Below are positions 7,968 through 16,455 of a DNA stretch of 19,505 bases, in pieces. The stretch comes from Opitutales bacterium (GTDB lineage: Bacteria; Verrucomicrobiota; Verrucomicrobiia; Opitutales; JABSRG01). Numbering within the stretch: position 1 is the stretch's first letter; each line of letters opens with the position of its first letter. Under the pieces are notes generated by a model that worked only from the letters and a program-made list of their open reading frames with translations, searched no databases and had not been told where the DNA came from. The translations under genes were made by a program, and so were the position numbers. The stretch lies in assembly GCA_049599475.1 (NCBI GenBank), contig JBMYOQ010000074.1, positions 1 to 19,505 of the forward strand. The letters run 5' to 3'.

Positions 7968-7996
7968 AAAATCTGTTAACAACCGACCTCTGTCAA
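7968..7996 (-). promoter_or_regulatory. Putative promoter of tRNA-Leu
   Basis: Perfect TTGACA (7996-7991), 17-nt spacer, weak -10 GATTTT, ~12 nt before the tRNA 5' end. Confidence 0.5.
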
Positions 7997-8055
7997 CCCC
8001 TTTTCCTGCACGGGATGCCGCTTAAAGGCCAGAGCACCCCCTGCAAATGCAGAGG

Positions 8056-8943
8056 TTAGGATGAAAGAGATGCCCCCATGCGCTCGTATAATTCTAATTC
8101 CTGGCAGTGGGCACTCGCGAAATCGGACCGCAAATTCACGCGTCCTTCTTCGAACAGAGTGATCACGCAGCTGCCTCCAAAACGAAAGTATCCCAACTCA
8201 GACCCCATCCCTATCGTGTCCCCTTCTTTCACTCCGAGAACAATGCTTCCTACGCAGGTTGCTCCCACCGGGATAAAGGCCACTCGGCCCATTTCCGGCG
8301 AATCAATCACCACAATTTTGCGCTTATTCGTGAGCAAATGATCAATATTGCGGCGTAGAGCTATCGGACTTACCGAAAACAAGGGGCCCTCCAGGTCCAT
8401 AATGCTCACAACTTTTCCAGAAACTGGGGAGTGAAAACGATGATAGTCCACCGGACAAAGCCGGGAAATGACTCCAGTCCCCCCTTTCCACACATTTTCC
8501 AATTCGGTGCCCGCCAGTAATGTAGCTAGCTTAAACTGGAAGCCTTTCGCGTAAAGCCAGGTCTCAGAGCCAATCTCTTGAATACCGATATGCCGACCAT
8601 CCGCAGGAAATACCGCTTTGGACTCCGCAATCGGGCGCGCTCCGGGAGCCAGTGCGCGGTAGAAAAAGTCATTGAAATGCGCAAAACCACCCTCGGGAGT
8701 CACATAATCTCCCATTTCGATGTCATATTGCTGGATAAAGGGATCTACTTTTTCCGCGCTGGTCGCCCGATCCATCTTGCGGCCATACCAATGGGAAAAA
8801 AACGCCCGTTTCACCAAGGCCCACAAAAAGAAACGGCCCAACGATGTCTCGTAGGCAAATCGCACGAATCCCTCGCCATACACTTCCTCGTCCTCGACTC
8901 GAGAGGTATATGGATTCCAATATTTAATAGGTTCTGCTGACAT
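8056..8943 (-). CDS. psd: Phosphatidylserine decarboxylase proenzyme (GGS-type)
   Basis: FNDFFYRAL, FPADG, RLCPVDYHRFHSPVSG, VGATCVGSI and GYFRFGGSCV self-cleavage motif. Start may be ATG 8943 (preferred) or 8967. Confidence 0.95.
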   Translation of the reverse strand: MSAEPIKYWNPYTSRVEDEEVYGEGFVRFAYETSLGRFFLWALVKRAFFSHWYGRKMDRATSAEKVDPFIQQYDIEMGDYVTPEGGFAHFNDFFYRALAPGARPIAESKAVFPADGRHIGIQEIGSETWLYAKGFQFKLATLLAGTELENVWKGGTGVISRLCPVDYHRFHSPVSGKVVSIMDLEGPLFSVSPIALRRNIDHLLTNKRKIVVIDSPEMGRVAFIPVGATCVGSIVLGVKEGDTIGMGSELGYFRFGGSCVITLFEEGRVNLRSDFASAHCQELELYERMGASLSS

Positions 8944-9011
8944 TCTGAGATTGCGGACCGACTTCATTTAAGAGTCCGCGCAGATTTCTCAAAAGTTGAA
9001 CAGTCCCCATC

Positions 9012-9039
9012 TTGCAAGCCCACAAATTTCCTCTAAACT
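9012..9039 (+). promoter_or_regulatory. Putative promoter of the DCC1-like gene (leaderless geometry)
   Basis: TTGCAA (9012-9017), 16 nt, TAAACT (9034-9039), 6 nt, ATG at 9046. Confidence 0.5.
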
Positions 9040-9045
9040 AGTAGA

Positions 9046-9477
9046 ATGGACACATCAAACAGTCGGAACGGCCCCATAGTGTGGTTCGATGACGCATGTT
9101 TGGTCTGCAATCGTTCCGTCCAATTCATTCTCGAAAACGAGAAAGATTCACGCCTTAGCTTCGGAGCCCTTCAATCGACCGAGGGTCAGCGCCTCCAAAA
9201 AAGCGTATTCGGCGACTCAGGGAAAGAGAGCATATTCTACCAAGATTCAGATGGTAACCTCCACCACTCAAGCGATGCGACGATCGCCATCGCCCAACAT
9301 CTCAAAGCGCCCTGGAGCCTCATAAAATTCTCGAAGTGGATACCACGCTCGATTCGCAATGGCATCTACCACTGGATTTCCCGAAATCGCTACCGGCTAT
9401 ACAAGAAAGCGGGACAATGCATAGTACCGTCGCACACCATTCAGGCTCGCATGATCCCTTACAGCGAACCCGAGTGA
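9046..9477 (+). CDS. DCC1-like thiol-disulfide oxidoreductase family protein (DUF393)
   Basis: IVWFDDACLVCNRSVQFI (DxxCxxC), FGALQS, SDA, and PRSIRNGIYHWISRNRYRL. Confidence 0.9.
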   Translation: MDTSNSRNGPIVWFDDACLVCNRSVQFILENEKDSRLSFGALQSTEGQRLQKSVFGDSGKESIFYQDSDGNLHHSSDATIAIAQHLKAPWSLIKFSKWIPRSIRNGIYHWISRNRYRLYKKAGQCIVPSHTIQARMIPYSEPE

Positions 9478-9521
9478 TGAACATTTTTTCATTAAATTCG
9501 TGCAATTCGCATAAAAATCAC

Positions 9522-9551
9522 TTCAAAACTCCGTCATTCTCTCTCTAAACT
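9522..9551 (+). promoter_or_regulatory. Putative promoter of recQ (leaderless geometry)
   Basis: TTCAAA (9522-9527), 18 nt, TAAACT (9546-9551), 6 nt, ATG at 9558. Confidence 0.45.
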
Positions 9552-9557
9552 GAGACA

Positions 9558-11687
9558 ATGACGCCGGTCGACCTCCAATCTATCCTTCTTGAACGCTTCC
9601 AGCTCCAAGCCTTCCGCGAAGGCCAGGAGCCAATCATTCGCGCAATCGTCGAAGGCCAAGACACCCTAGCCGTCATGCCCACTGGAGGCGGAAAATCTCT
9701 GTGTTTTCAGCTACCTGCCCTGGCACTAGAAGGCGTCACCCTCGTAATTTCTCCGCTCATTTCCCTAATGCAGGACCAGGTCGACAGCCTGGAGAAACGT
9801 GGGGTATCCGCCACCCTGATCAACAGCACCATCCCGCCCTCTGAGCAATTTCGCAGAGCTGAGGCCATGCAGGCCGGGGAATACGATCTCGTTTACATCG
9901 CGCCGGAACGATTCCGGCACCAAGGATTTGTAGAAGCTCTACGCAAATCCAAGATCGCCCTGTTAGCGGTAGATGAAGCTCACTGCCTATCGCAGTGGGG
10001 ACATGATTTTCGACCCGACTATCTCCTGCTCGGAAAAGCCCTCGAGCGTCTCAACCAGCGCCCGACCATCGCAGCCTTCACCGCGACAGCAACCCCCGAG
10101 GTTCGCGACGACATTGTCCTCCACCTTGGCCTAAAGGAGCCCGAGGTGTTTGTATCTGGATTCTCACGGAAGAATCTAAGCCTCAATGTCCTTCCCGTCT
10201 CGGGGAAGACAGACAAGCTGCGAGCGCTCGACGCACTGATCGTGCAGAACCGCACCGGCATTGTATATTGCGCGACCCGCAAACGTGTCGAAGAAGTCGC
10301 GGAGCACCTGCGTGAATGGAATGTCCCCCATGTCGCCTACCACGCTGGCATGAGTGATCAAGAGCGCCAACAAGCACAGGAAGACTTCATGCGGCGCAAG
10401 GTCGATGTCGCAGTCGCTACCAATGCCTTCGGCATGGGAATCGATCGCGGCGATATTCGATTCGTGGCCCACTACGAAATCCCGGGCAGCCTCGAAGCCT
10501 ACTATCAGGAAGTCGGACGAGCGGGCCGAGACGGCGCACCTTCCGTCTGCGAGCTCTATTATAATTTCGCGGATAAACGGACTCAGGAATTTTTCATTGA
10601 GGGGAACAACCCGAGCGGCCGCTTCATTCGCGACCTATATGGAGTGCTGAAATCCCTTCAAAATAAGCAATTTGAAGTAACAGCCACCCTAGCGGATATC
10701 ACCGAAGAGATGGGAGGCGGAAAATTCGGAATGGCAGTCAGCTCAGCCATGTCCTACCTCCGACGAATCGGCAGCATCGAGCGCTTCGACATCCCCGGCT
10801 CACGCTCGCGAGGCACCCGCCTACTTCAGCCCCACCGCTCTCCAGCAGATCTTCCGATCGACGACGCAGCCCTCCGCGACAAGATGCTCCGAGACGAGTC
10901 CAAACTGGAAACGATCATTCGCTTCGCAAACACCCCACTTTGCCGACAAGCCTTCATTCTCAAATACTTTGGGGAGTCGTCCGCGCCAGCCTGCGGCACC
11001 TGCGATCGCTGCGTGCAGAACCGAGACGCCCCAAACGAAGTGCACGATCTGACAACGGACCAGGCAACCATCGTACGCAAAGCATTAAGTGGAGTCGCCC
11101 GCGCTTCTAAACGCTTGGGGAGACACGATTGGGAGCCGCTTTACGGCCGAGGCAAAATCACCCGCATGCTCGCAGGATCCCAGGCAGCAGATATCACCGA
11201 ATCGGGTCTCAACCAGACCACCACTTTCGGCATCCTCAAGGAACTCAGCCCGGAATTTATCAAGGATCTATTCGTCGAACTCGAGCGAGCAGGACTCGTG
11301 AGCGCCACCACGGATCCAAAATTCCCAAAGCTCAAACTCAGCATCTACGGCAGCCAGATCATGCTCGGCGAGGAACCTCCCCCACTACGCTGGCCTCAAA
11401 AAGCATCGAGTGGCTCAAAAGCCAAAGCCAAATCGACAACCGCGCAAGCTCTCACTGCGATTGAAGACCAGGAGCTTTACGATCAGCTGCGCCAGCAAAG
11501 GATGAAGATCGCAAAGGCCCGAGACCGCCCGCCGTTCACCATTTTCTCCAACGCAACGCTCCTCGAGCTAGTAGTCGTCAAACCCACTTCCGTAGAAGAC
11601 GCCATCGATATTAGCGGAGTCGGCCCTTACAAGGCGAAGACCCTGCTTCCGCCATTTCTAGAAATCATCAGAGCGGCCTCGGCCTAG
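9558..11687 (+). CDS. recQ: RecQ family ATP-dependent DNA helicase
   Basis: MPTGGGKSLCFQLP, DEAHCLSQWGHDFRP, TATAT, ATNAFGMGID, QEVGRAGRDG. Zn site CRQ...YFGE...CGTCDRC, RQC-like segment, C-terminal HRDC (LYDQLRQQR...PPFTIFSNATL...ISGVG). Confidence 0.95.
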   Translation: MTPVDLQSILLERFQLQAFREGQEPIIRAIVEGQDTLAVMPTGGGKSLCFQLPALALEGVTLVISPLISLMQDQVDSLEKRGVSATLINSTIPPSEQFRRAEAMQAGEYDLVYIAPERFRHQGFVEALRKSKIALLAVDEAHCLSQWGHDFRPDYLLLGKALERLNQRPTIAAFTATATPEVRDDIVLHLGLKEPEVFVSGFSRKNLSLNVLPVSGKTDKLRALDALIVQNRTGIVYCATRKRVEEVAEHLREWNVPHVAYHAGMSDQERQQAQEDFMRRKVDVAVATNAFGMGIDRGDIRFVAHYEIPGSLEAYYQEVGRAGRDGAPSVCELYYNFADKRTQEFFIEGNNPSGRFIRDLYGVLKSLQNKQFEVTATLADITEEMGGGKFGMAVSSAMSYLRRIGSIERFDIPGSRSRGTRLLQPHRSPADLPIDDAALRDKMLRDESKLETIIRFANTPLCRQAFILKYFGESSAPACGTCDRCVQNRDAPNEVHDLTTDQATIVRKALSGVARASKRLGRHDWEPLYGRGKITRMLAGSQAADITESGLNQTTTFGILKELSPEFIKDLFVELERAGLVSATTDPKFPKLKLSIYGSQIMLGEEPPPLRWPQKASSGSKAKAKSTTAQALTAIEDQELYDQLRQQRMKIAKARDRPPFTIFSNATLLELVVVKPTSVEDAIDISGVGPYKAKTLLPPFLEIIRAASA

Positions 11688-11743
11688 GAAGTCGCTTGGA
11701 ATTTCGTTGATGCTCTTGCCGCATTTTCCGAACGTCTCCCTTT

Positions 11744-12601
11744 ATGCAGATTGACGTCCTCAACCAGACATGGCCCGAATACGCGCTCATAGACTCAGGA
11801 AACCGCCTGAAATATGAGCAGTTCGGCCCTATACGCGTCATCCGCAGCGAACCCAAAGCATGGTGGAATCCCAAGCTCCCCAAAGCTGAATGGGAAAAGG
11901 CCGATGCCACCTTCGACGACTCGGCCAATAAGTGGAAGCGCAAGAAGGGCTGCCCATTCAGCTGGAAAATGACCTATCGCGGGATCACTTTCGAAGCAAA
12001 GCTCACCGACGGTTCCAAACACCTCGGAGTCTTCCCCGAACAGTCGCCGCACTGGGATTTTATCCACGAACAAATTGAGCACGGGCCCGTGAACTCACTC
12101 TTGAATCTCTTTGGATACACAGGAGCCGCATCCCTCGTAGCTGCTAAGGCCGGGGCTAAAGTCACTCACCTCGACGCCTCAAAACCTGCGATCGCCTGGG
12201 GACGCGCAAACCAAGAAGCCTCGGACTTATCCGAACTACCTATTCGCTGGATTCTCGACGATGCCCTGAAATTCGTCCAGCGCGAGCGCCGCAGGGGCCG
12301 CACCTACGATGCCGTATGCCTCGACCCCCCTTCTTTTGGGCGCGGCCCGAAGAACGAGCTATGGAAAGTCGAGGATAGTATTGTCGAGTTGCTCAATGCC
12401 TGCCGAGCTATCATGGGAGACAAACCCAAAATGCTGCTGCTCACGATGTATAATTTGGAGGCCTCCTCCCTTATGCTCGAAGCCCTCGTCCGGGAGGTGA
12501 TGGGAAAGAAAGGTGACCTCAAAATCGGCGAATTAGCCCTAAACCATAACTCCGGAACGCATCAACTCCCACTGTCTCTATACGCAAGATGGACTGCCTA
12601 G
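11744..12601 (+). CDS. Class I SAM-dependent methyltransferase, RlmI/RlmK-like (probable RNA methyltransferase)
   Basis: YALIDSG, KHLGVFPEQ, LLNLFGYTG SAM-binding motif, VTHLDASK, LDPPSFGRG catalytic motif. Confidence 0.9.
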   Translation: MQIDVLNQTWPEYALIDSGNRLKYEQFGPIRVIRSEPKAWWNPKLPKAEWEKADATFDDSANKWKRKKGCPFSWKMTYRGITFEAKLTDGSKHLGVFPEQSPHWDFIHEQIEHGPVNSLLNLFGYTGAASLVAAKAGAKVTHLDASKPAIAWGRANQEASDLSELPIRWILDDALKFVQRERRRGRTYDAVCLDPPSFGRGPKNELWKVEDSIVELLNACRAIMGDKPKMLLLTMYNLEASSLMLEALVREVMGKKGDLKIGELALNHNSGTHQLPLSLYARWTA

Positions 12602-12730
12602 CGATCCCAATAAGTAAGCTTTTTCAGCGTGGATCTTCTTTAATTTTCGAAAAAACACTTTTTCTCCCCTTTTATACGCTTTAGAGACAATACCGCTGCC
12701 GAATTTTAAAAGCGGCCCGCCCAACCACGA

Positions 12731-15640
12731 ATGCCTAGACCCAAAACCAAAGCCGCTCCGCGGTCCAAGCCCAAACCCAGGGGCAAAAAGGTAAGCCCGA
12801 AAATCTCTTCAGGGCCTCGCCAAGGCAATGCGCACCCCTACTGGGCCCTCATTCTGTTGGCCCTCGGTGCCATGGTCGCGGTAGCCATGGCTGATTTTGA
12901 AGCCAGTCAAACCGGTTTTCTCAATACCGATGCAGGTAACGGGCAGAACGTAAACCTAGTCGGTAAAGTGGGCGCAGATATCGCCTATTGGAATTACGCA
13001 ATCCACGGCCTGGCCGCATGGATCTATCCCGTATTCGCGATTTGGCTAGGAAGTGGACTGTTTTTCAAGCGTGCGCATCCCTTCGGAATCAAACGCTTTA
13101 TATCCTTAGCCCTCACCATTGTTTCGGCCTGCGGCATTCTAAACCTGGTCCAAAATCACGGCTGGGACGACTTCAATACATTCTTTGGAGATGATGTCTT
13201 GACCCAGGGCGTGGGTGGATTTGTCGGCACTTCGATCTACCAATCACTGCTCTCCAATGTCGTAGGAGCCTTCGGAAGCTTGATCGTTCTTTCCACGATC
13301 TTCGTCGCCTGTGGATGTTTTACAGCATCTGGCAATTTCGGTGAATCCATCCAGAAAATGGGAGAACGCGTCTCAGGCTTTTGGAAAAAACGCGAAACGG
13401 ATCCCAAACTCAAGGAGCAGAGACGGGAAGCCTCTCTCGCTCGAAAAGCCAAGAAGGAGGCGGACAAGGATAAGCTTCGGCAAATTCAGGAAGACGCCAA
13501 GGCCAAGCGCAAGGAGTCACGCTTACGTGAGAAAGAAGCCGCAAAAGACGCCAAAGAAGCGGAGGCTGCAGCAATAAGAGCTGCCGAGGAAGCAGAACGC
13601 CTCAAAAACATTCCTCCGCCCAAAAAGACCAAGCAAAAGCCCACGCTCGTTACACGACCTCCGATGAAGAAGGAGAAAAAGAGCCGCTTGAGCCTACCCA
13701 CATTGGCTAAATTAACGAGCCCCGAGAAAAAGGAAGAGGAGGAGAAGCCAAGCCTACTGAAACCGCTCAAGCCCTCCATTTTGCCCAAGGTAAAGCTCAC
13801 CTTCATGGAGCACGACAGAGAGGCGCCGAAGAAAGACGAAAACAGGCAAATGGCTCCAGAGCTCGAGCCGGAAATACCCGCATCCCCAACGCCTCCCAAC
13901 AACCCAGCTGATGAGCTAGAAGTCATGGCTCCACCCACCCCACAGCCGGAACCAGAGCCGGAGCCAGAACCCACGCCGCCGCCACCGCCTCCTAAACCCA
14001 AGGTAGTGGAGCCTGAACCCGTAGAAGAAGAGCCAGACTCATCGATCCGCATTGTCGAAGCAGAAAAAGTCGAGAAGGCTCACTTCAAACAGCAGCGCCG
14101 CAAGAATTACCAATTCCCGCCTCTTGATCTTCTTCAAGAGCCCCCGAGCGAAGCCTACGATACGGGCGAGGATCACGTCGAAAAGGCTGGGCAACTGCAA
14201 GCCACGCTCAAGGAGTTCAAGGTAGAGGTGAACCTAGGCGAGATTCACACCGGACCCGTTATCACGCGCTACGAGGTAACACCAGCTCCGGGCGTTCGCG
14301 TCGAAAAGATTTCCAGCCTCGATAAAAATATCGCCCTCGGCCTGCGAGCAGAAGCCGTCCGGATCCTCGCTCCAGTCCCCGGCAAAGGCGTCGTCGGCGT
14401 CGAGGTACCCAATCTAAAAATGCAGCCCGTCTGCATCCGCGACATCATCGAGTCCAAAGCCTGGAACGAATCCAAAGCGGAGATCCCAATTGCTCTCGGT
14501 AAAGAAGTGAGCGGCAAGCCCATGGTAGCCGACCTCACCAAAATGCCTCACCTGCTCATCGCGGGTTCTACCGGTTCAGGTAAAACTGTTTGTATCAACG
14601 CGATCATCGCTTCGCTCCTCTATAAGTGCAGCCCCGAGGAGTTGCGCTTTATCATGGTCGACCCGAAGATCGTGGAAATGCAGGCGTTCAACGCCCTGCC
14701 GCACATGCTAATTCCGGTGGTCACGGAGCCAAAGAAAGTTCCCGGAGCACTCAAGTGGCTCCTTGGAGAAATGGAGCGCCGCTACCACATGTTTGCCCGC
14801 GTGGGCGTCCGCAATATCGCGGGCTTCAATGCACGCCTAGCGAAGAATCGCGAGGAGATGGAGAAGGCCGCGCAGATGGAGGCCGAGATGACTCCTGAAG
14901 AGCGCGCTGCAATCTCTTCCATCGAAGTGCCACGGGAGCCTCAAGCAGAGTTCCAATTCGAGGACAAAAAGCTCTCTTACATCGTTTGCATTATCGACGA
15001 ACTCGCAGACTTGATGATGGTCGCTCCTGCCGACATCGAAACCGGAATCGCTCGCCTCGCCCAGCTCGCGCGTGCCGCCGGAATTCACCTGATCATCGCG
15101 ACCCAGCGCCCGTCGGTGAATGTCATTACCGGTGTCATCAAGGCCAACTTACCGAGCCGTATTTCCTTCAAGGTATCGTCTAAGGTAGATAGTCGAACCA
15201 TTCTCGATCAAGGAGGAGCCGAAGCCCTGATCGGTAAAGGTGACATGCTTTTCACGCCTCCCGGCAGCCCCAACATGGTGCGCGCCCAGGGTGCCTTCGT
15301 ATCGGATGAAGAGATCAACGACATTGTCGAAAACCTCAAGGTGAACGGTCCCCCACAGTTCCTGGAAGAAGTCCAAGCGAGTATGGAGGATGATGGTGAC
15401 GGTAGCGGAGACGCAACCGAGGGCACCGGCAACTACGAGGACGAGATGATTCCCAAAGCGCTCGACGTGCTCAAATCCACCAAACGCGCTTCCACTTCGA
15501 TGCTCCAGCGCCGCCTGCGTATCGGATACAATCGCGCCGCGCGCCTCATGGAAGAGCTCGAGGATATGGGTGTTGTCGGACCCGAGAACGGCTCCAGTCC
15601 CCGAGAGATCTTGGTCGATCTGGATACCTACACGCCGTAG
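12731..15640 (+). CDS. ftsK: DNA translocase FtsK
   Basis: N-terminal transmembrane domain (NLVGKVGADIA) and long linker. GPVITRYE, Walker A PHLLIAGSTGSGKT, Walker B IIDELADLMM, ATQRPSV, gamma domain STSMLQRRLRIGYNRAARLMEELE. Confidence 0.97.
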   Translation: MPRPKTKAAPRSKPKPRGKKVSPKISSGPRQGNAHPYWALILLALGAMVAVAMADFEASQTGFLNTDAGNGQNVNLVGKVGADIAYWNYAIHGLAAWIYPVFAIWLGSGLFFKRAHPFGIKRFISLALTIVSACGILNLVQNHGWDDFNTFFGDDVLTQGVGGFVGTSIYQSLLSNVVGAFGSLIVLSTIFVACGCFTASGNFGESIQKMGERVSGFWKKRETDPKLKEQRREASLARKAKKEADKDKLRQIQEDAKAKRKESRLREKEAAKDAKEAEAAAIRAAEEAERLKNIPPPKKTKQKPTLVTRPPMKKEKKSRLSLPTLAKLTSPEKKEEEEKPSLLKPLKPSILPKVKLTFMEHDREAPKKDENRQMAPELEPEIPASPTPPNNPADELEVMAPPTPQPEPEPEPEPTPPPPPPKPKVVEPEPVEEEPDSSIRIVEAEKVEKAHFKQQRRKNYQFPPLDLLQEPPSEAYDTGEDHVEKAGQLQATLKEFKVEVNLGEIHTGPVITRYEVTPAPGVRVEKISSLDKNIALGLRAEAVRILAPVPGKGVVGVEVPNLKMQPVCIRDIIESKAWNESKAEIPIALGKEVSGKPMVADLTKMPHLLIAGSTGSGKTVCINAIIASLLYKCSPEELRFIMVDPKIVEMQAFNALPHMLIPVVTEPKKVPGALKWLLGEMERRYHMFARVGVRNIAGFNARLAKNREEMEKAAQMEAEMTPEERAAISSIEVPREPQAEFQFEDKKLSYIVCIIDELADLMMVAPADIETGIARLAQLARAAGIHLIIATQRPSVNVITGVIKANLPSRISFKVSSKVDSRTILDQGGAEALIGKGDMLFTPPGSPNMVRAQGAFVSDEEINDIVENLKVNGPPQFLEEVQASMEDDGDGSGDATEGTGNYEDEMIPKALDVLKSTKRASTSMLQRRLRIGYNRAARLMEELEDMGVVGPENGSSPREILVDLDTYTP
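13932..14000 (+). repeat. Low-complexity Pro/Glu coding repeat in the FtsK linker
   Basis: Encodes PPTPQPEPEPEPEPTPPPPPPKP using mixed synonymous codons. Confidence 0.8.
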
Positions 15641-15646
15641 ACGATT

Positions 15647-16285
15647 GTGAGCTCAACGAAGACCACAATTTACGCCGTAAGACACGGTGAAACCGAGTGG
15701 AATATTCTGGGCAAACAACAAGGGCACCTCAACAGCCCACTAAATGCACGTGGTAAACTGCAGGCTGCAAAACTCGCGGAGGGACTCAAAGGGCGAGGAA
15801 TCCAATTCATTTATTCGAGCGATCTGGGTCGCGCACAAGAAACAGCCACCATCGTAGCCAACGAGCTCAGGTTACCTGTTACCTTCAGCGAAAAATTGAG
15901 AGAAAGAAATTTAGGAATCCTGCAAGGCTTCACCCAAAAGGAGTTCCAGATGGAACACCCCGAGATATTCCAAAAATTTAAAAGTACCGATCCAAACTAC
16001 CAAATCCCTGAAGGCGAAAGCAAACGCGAGCTCTACAAACGCTGCGTATCGGCTACCGAGGAGATCATTGCCAAGCATCCTGGAGAAACTATCTTGATCG
16101 TCTGTCACAGTGGCGTTGTCCGCAGCTTTTTTCACCGCGCGACTCAACTTCCTTTGGAAACGCCGAGGAAATTCTCGCTCCTAAACGGCGCCATAAATCA
16201 GTTCGCATTCATACAGGACTGGAGCTTGCTCACTTGGGGAGAGGTAGCCCATTTACAGGGCACCTCCACAATCGACGATTTCTAA
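15647..16285 (+). CDS. Histidine phosphatase (phosphoglycerate mutase-like) family protein
   Basis: RHGETEWN, YSSDLGRAQETA, LRERNLG, PEGES, LIVCHSG. GTG start 6 bp after the ftsK stop. Confidence 0.92.
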   Translation: MSSTKTTIYAVRHGETEWNILGKQQGHLNSPLNARGKLQAAKLAEGLKGRGIQFIYSSDLGRAQETATIVANELRLPVTFSEKLRERNLGILQGFTQKEFQMEHPEIFQKFKSTDPNYQIPEGESKRELYKRCVSATEEIIAKHPGETILIVCHSGVVRSFFHRATQLPLETPRKFSLLNGAINQFAFIQDWSLLTWGEVAHLQGTSTIDDF

Positions 16286-16455
16286 TCGGCCCTCGGGCCC
16301 AGCAGAAGTGAGAATTCACCCAACATTCCTCAGATCTTCACCAAATCCGGATTTTTTACTGCTTTCCTATAACCATCGAACGAAAAGGGTCGAAATACTG
16401 TCTTTCCTGCGTTTGTAGGGATAGAGCACTTTTCTAAGAACTAAAACATCCACAC

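Noticed and set aside
9470..9483. Verrucomicrobial LexA box (TGTTC-N4-GAACA) upstream of recQ
   Set aside because: Only the GAACA half-site is present.
13486..14052. Gly/Ser-rich 188-aa minus-strand ORF
   Set aside because: Mirror of the Pro/Glu-rich FtsK linker codons.
9558..15640. recQ + methyltransferase + ftsK as an anti-phage defence system
   Set aside because: The methyltransferase is RlmI/RlmK-like rather than a DNA methylase, FtsK is the full septal form with TM and gamma domains, and no nuclease is present. This is ordinary housekeeping adjacency.
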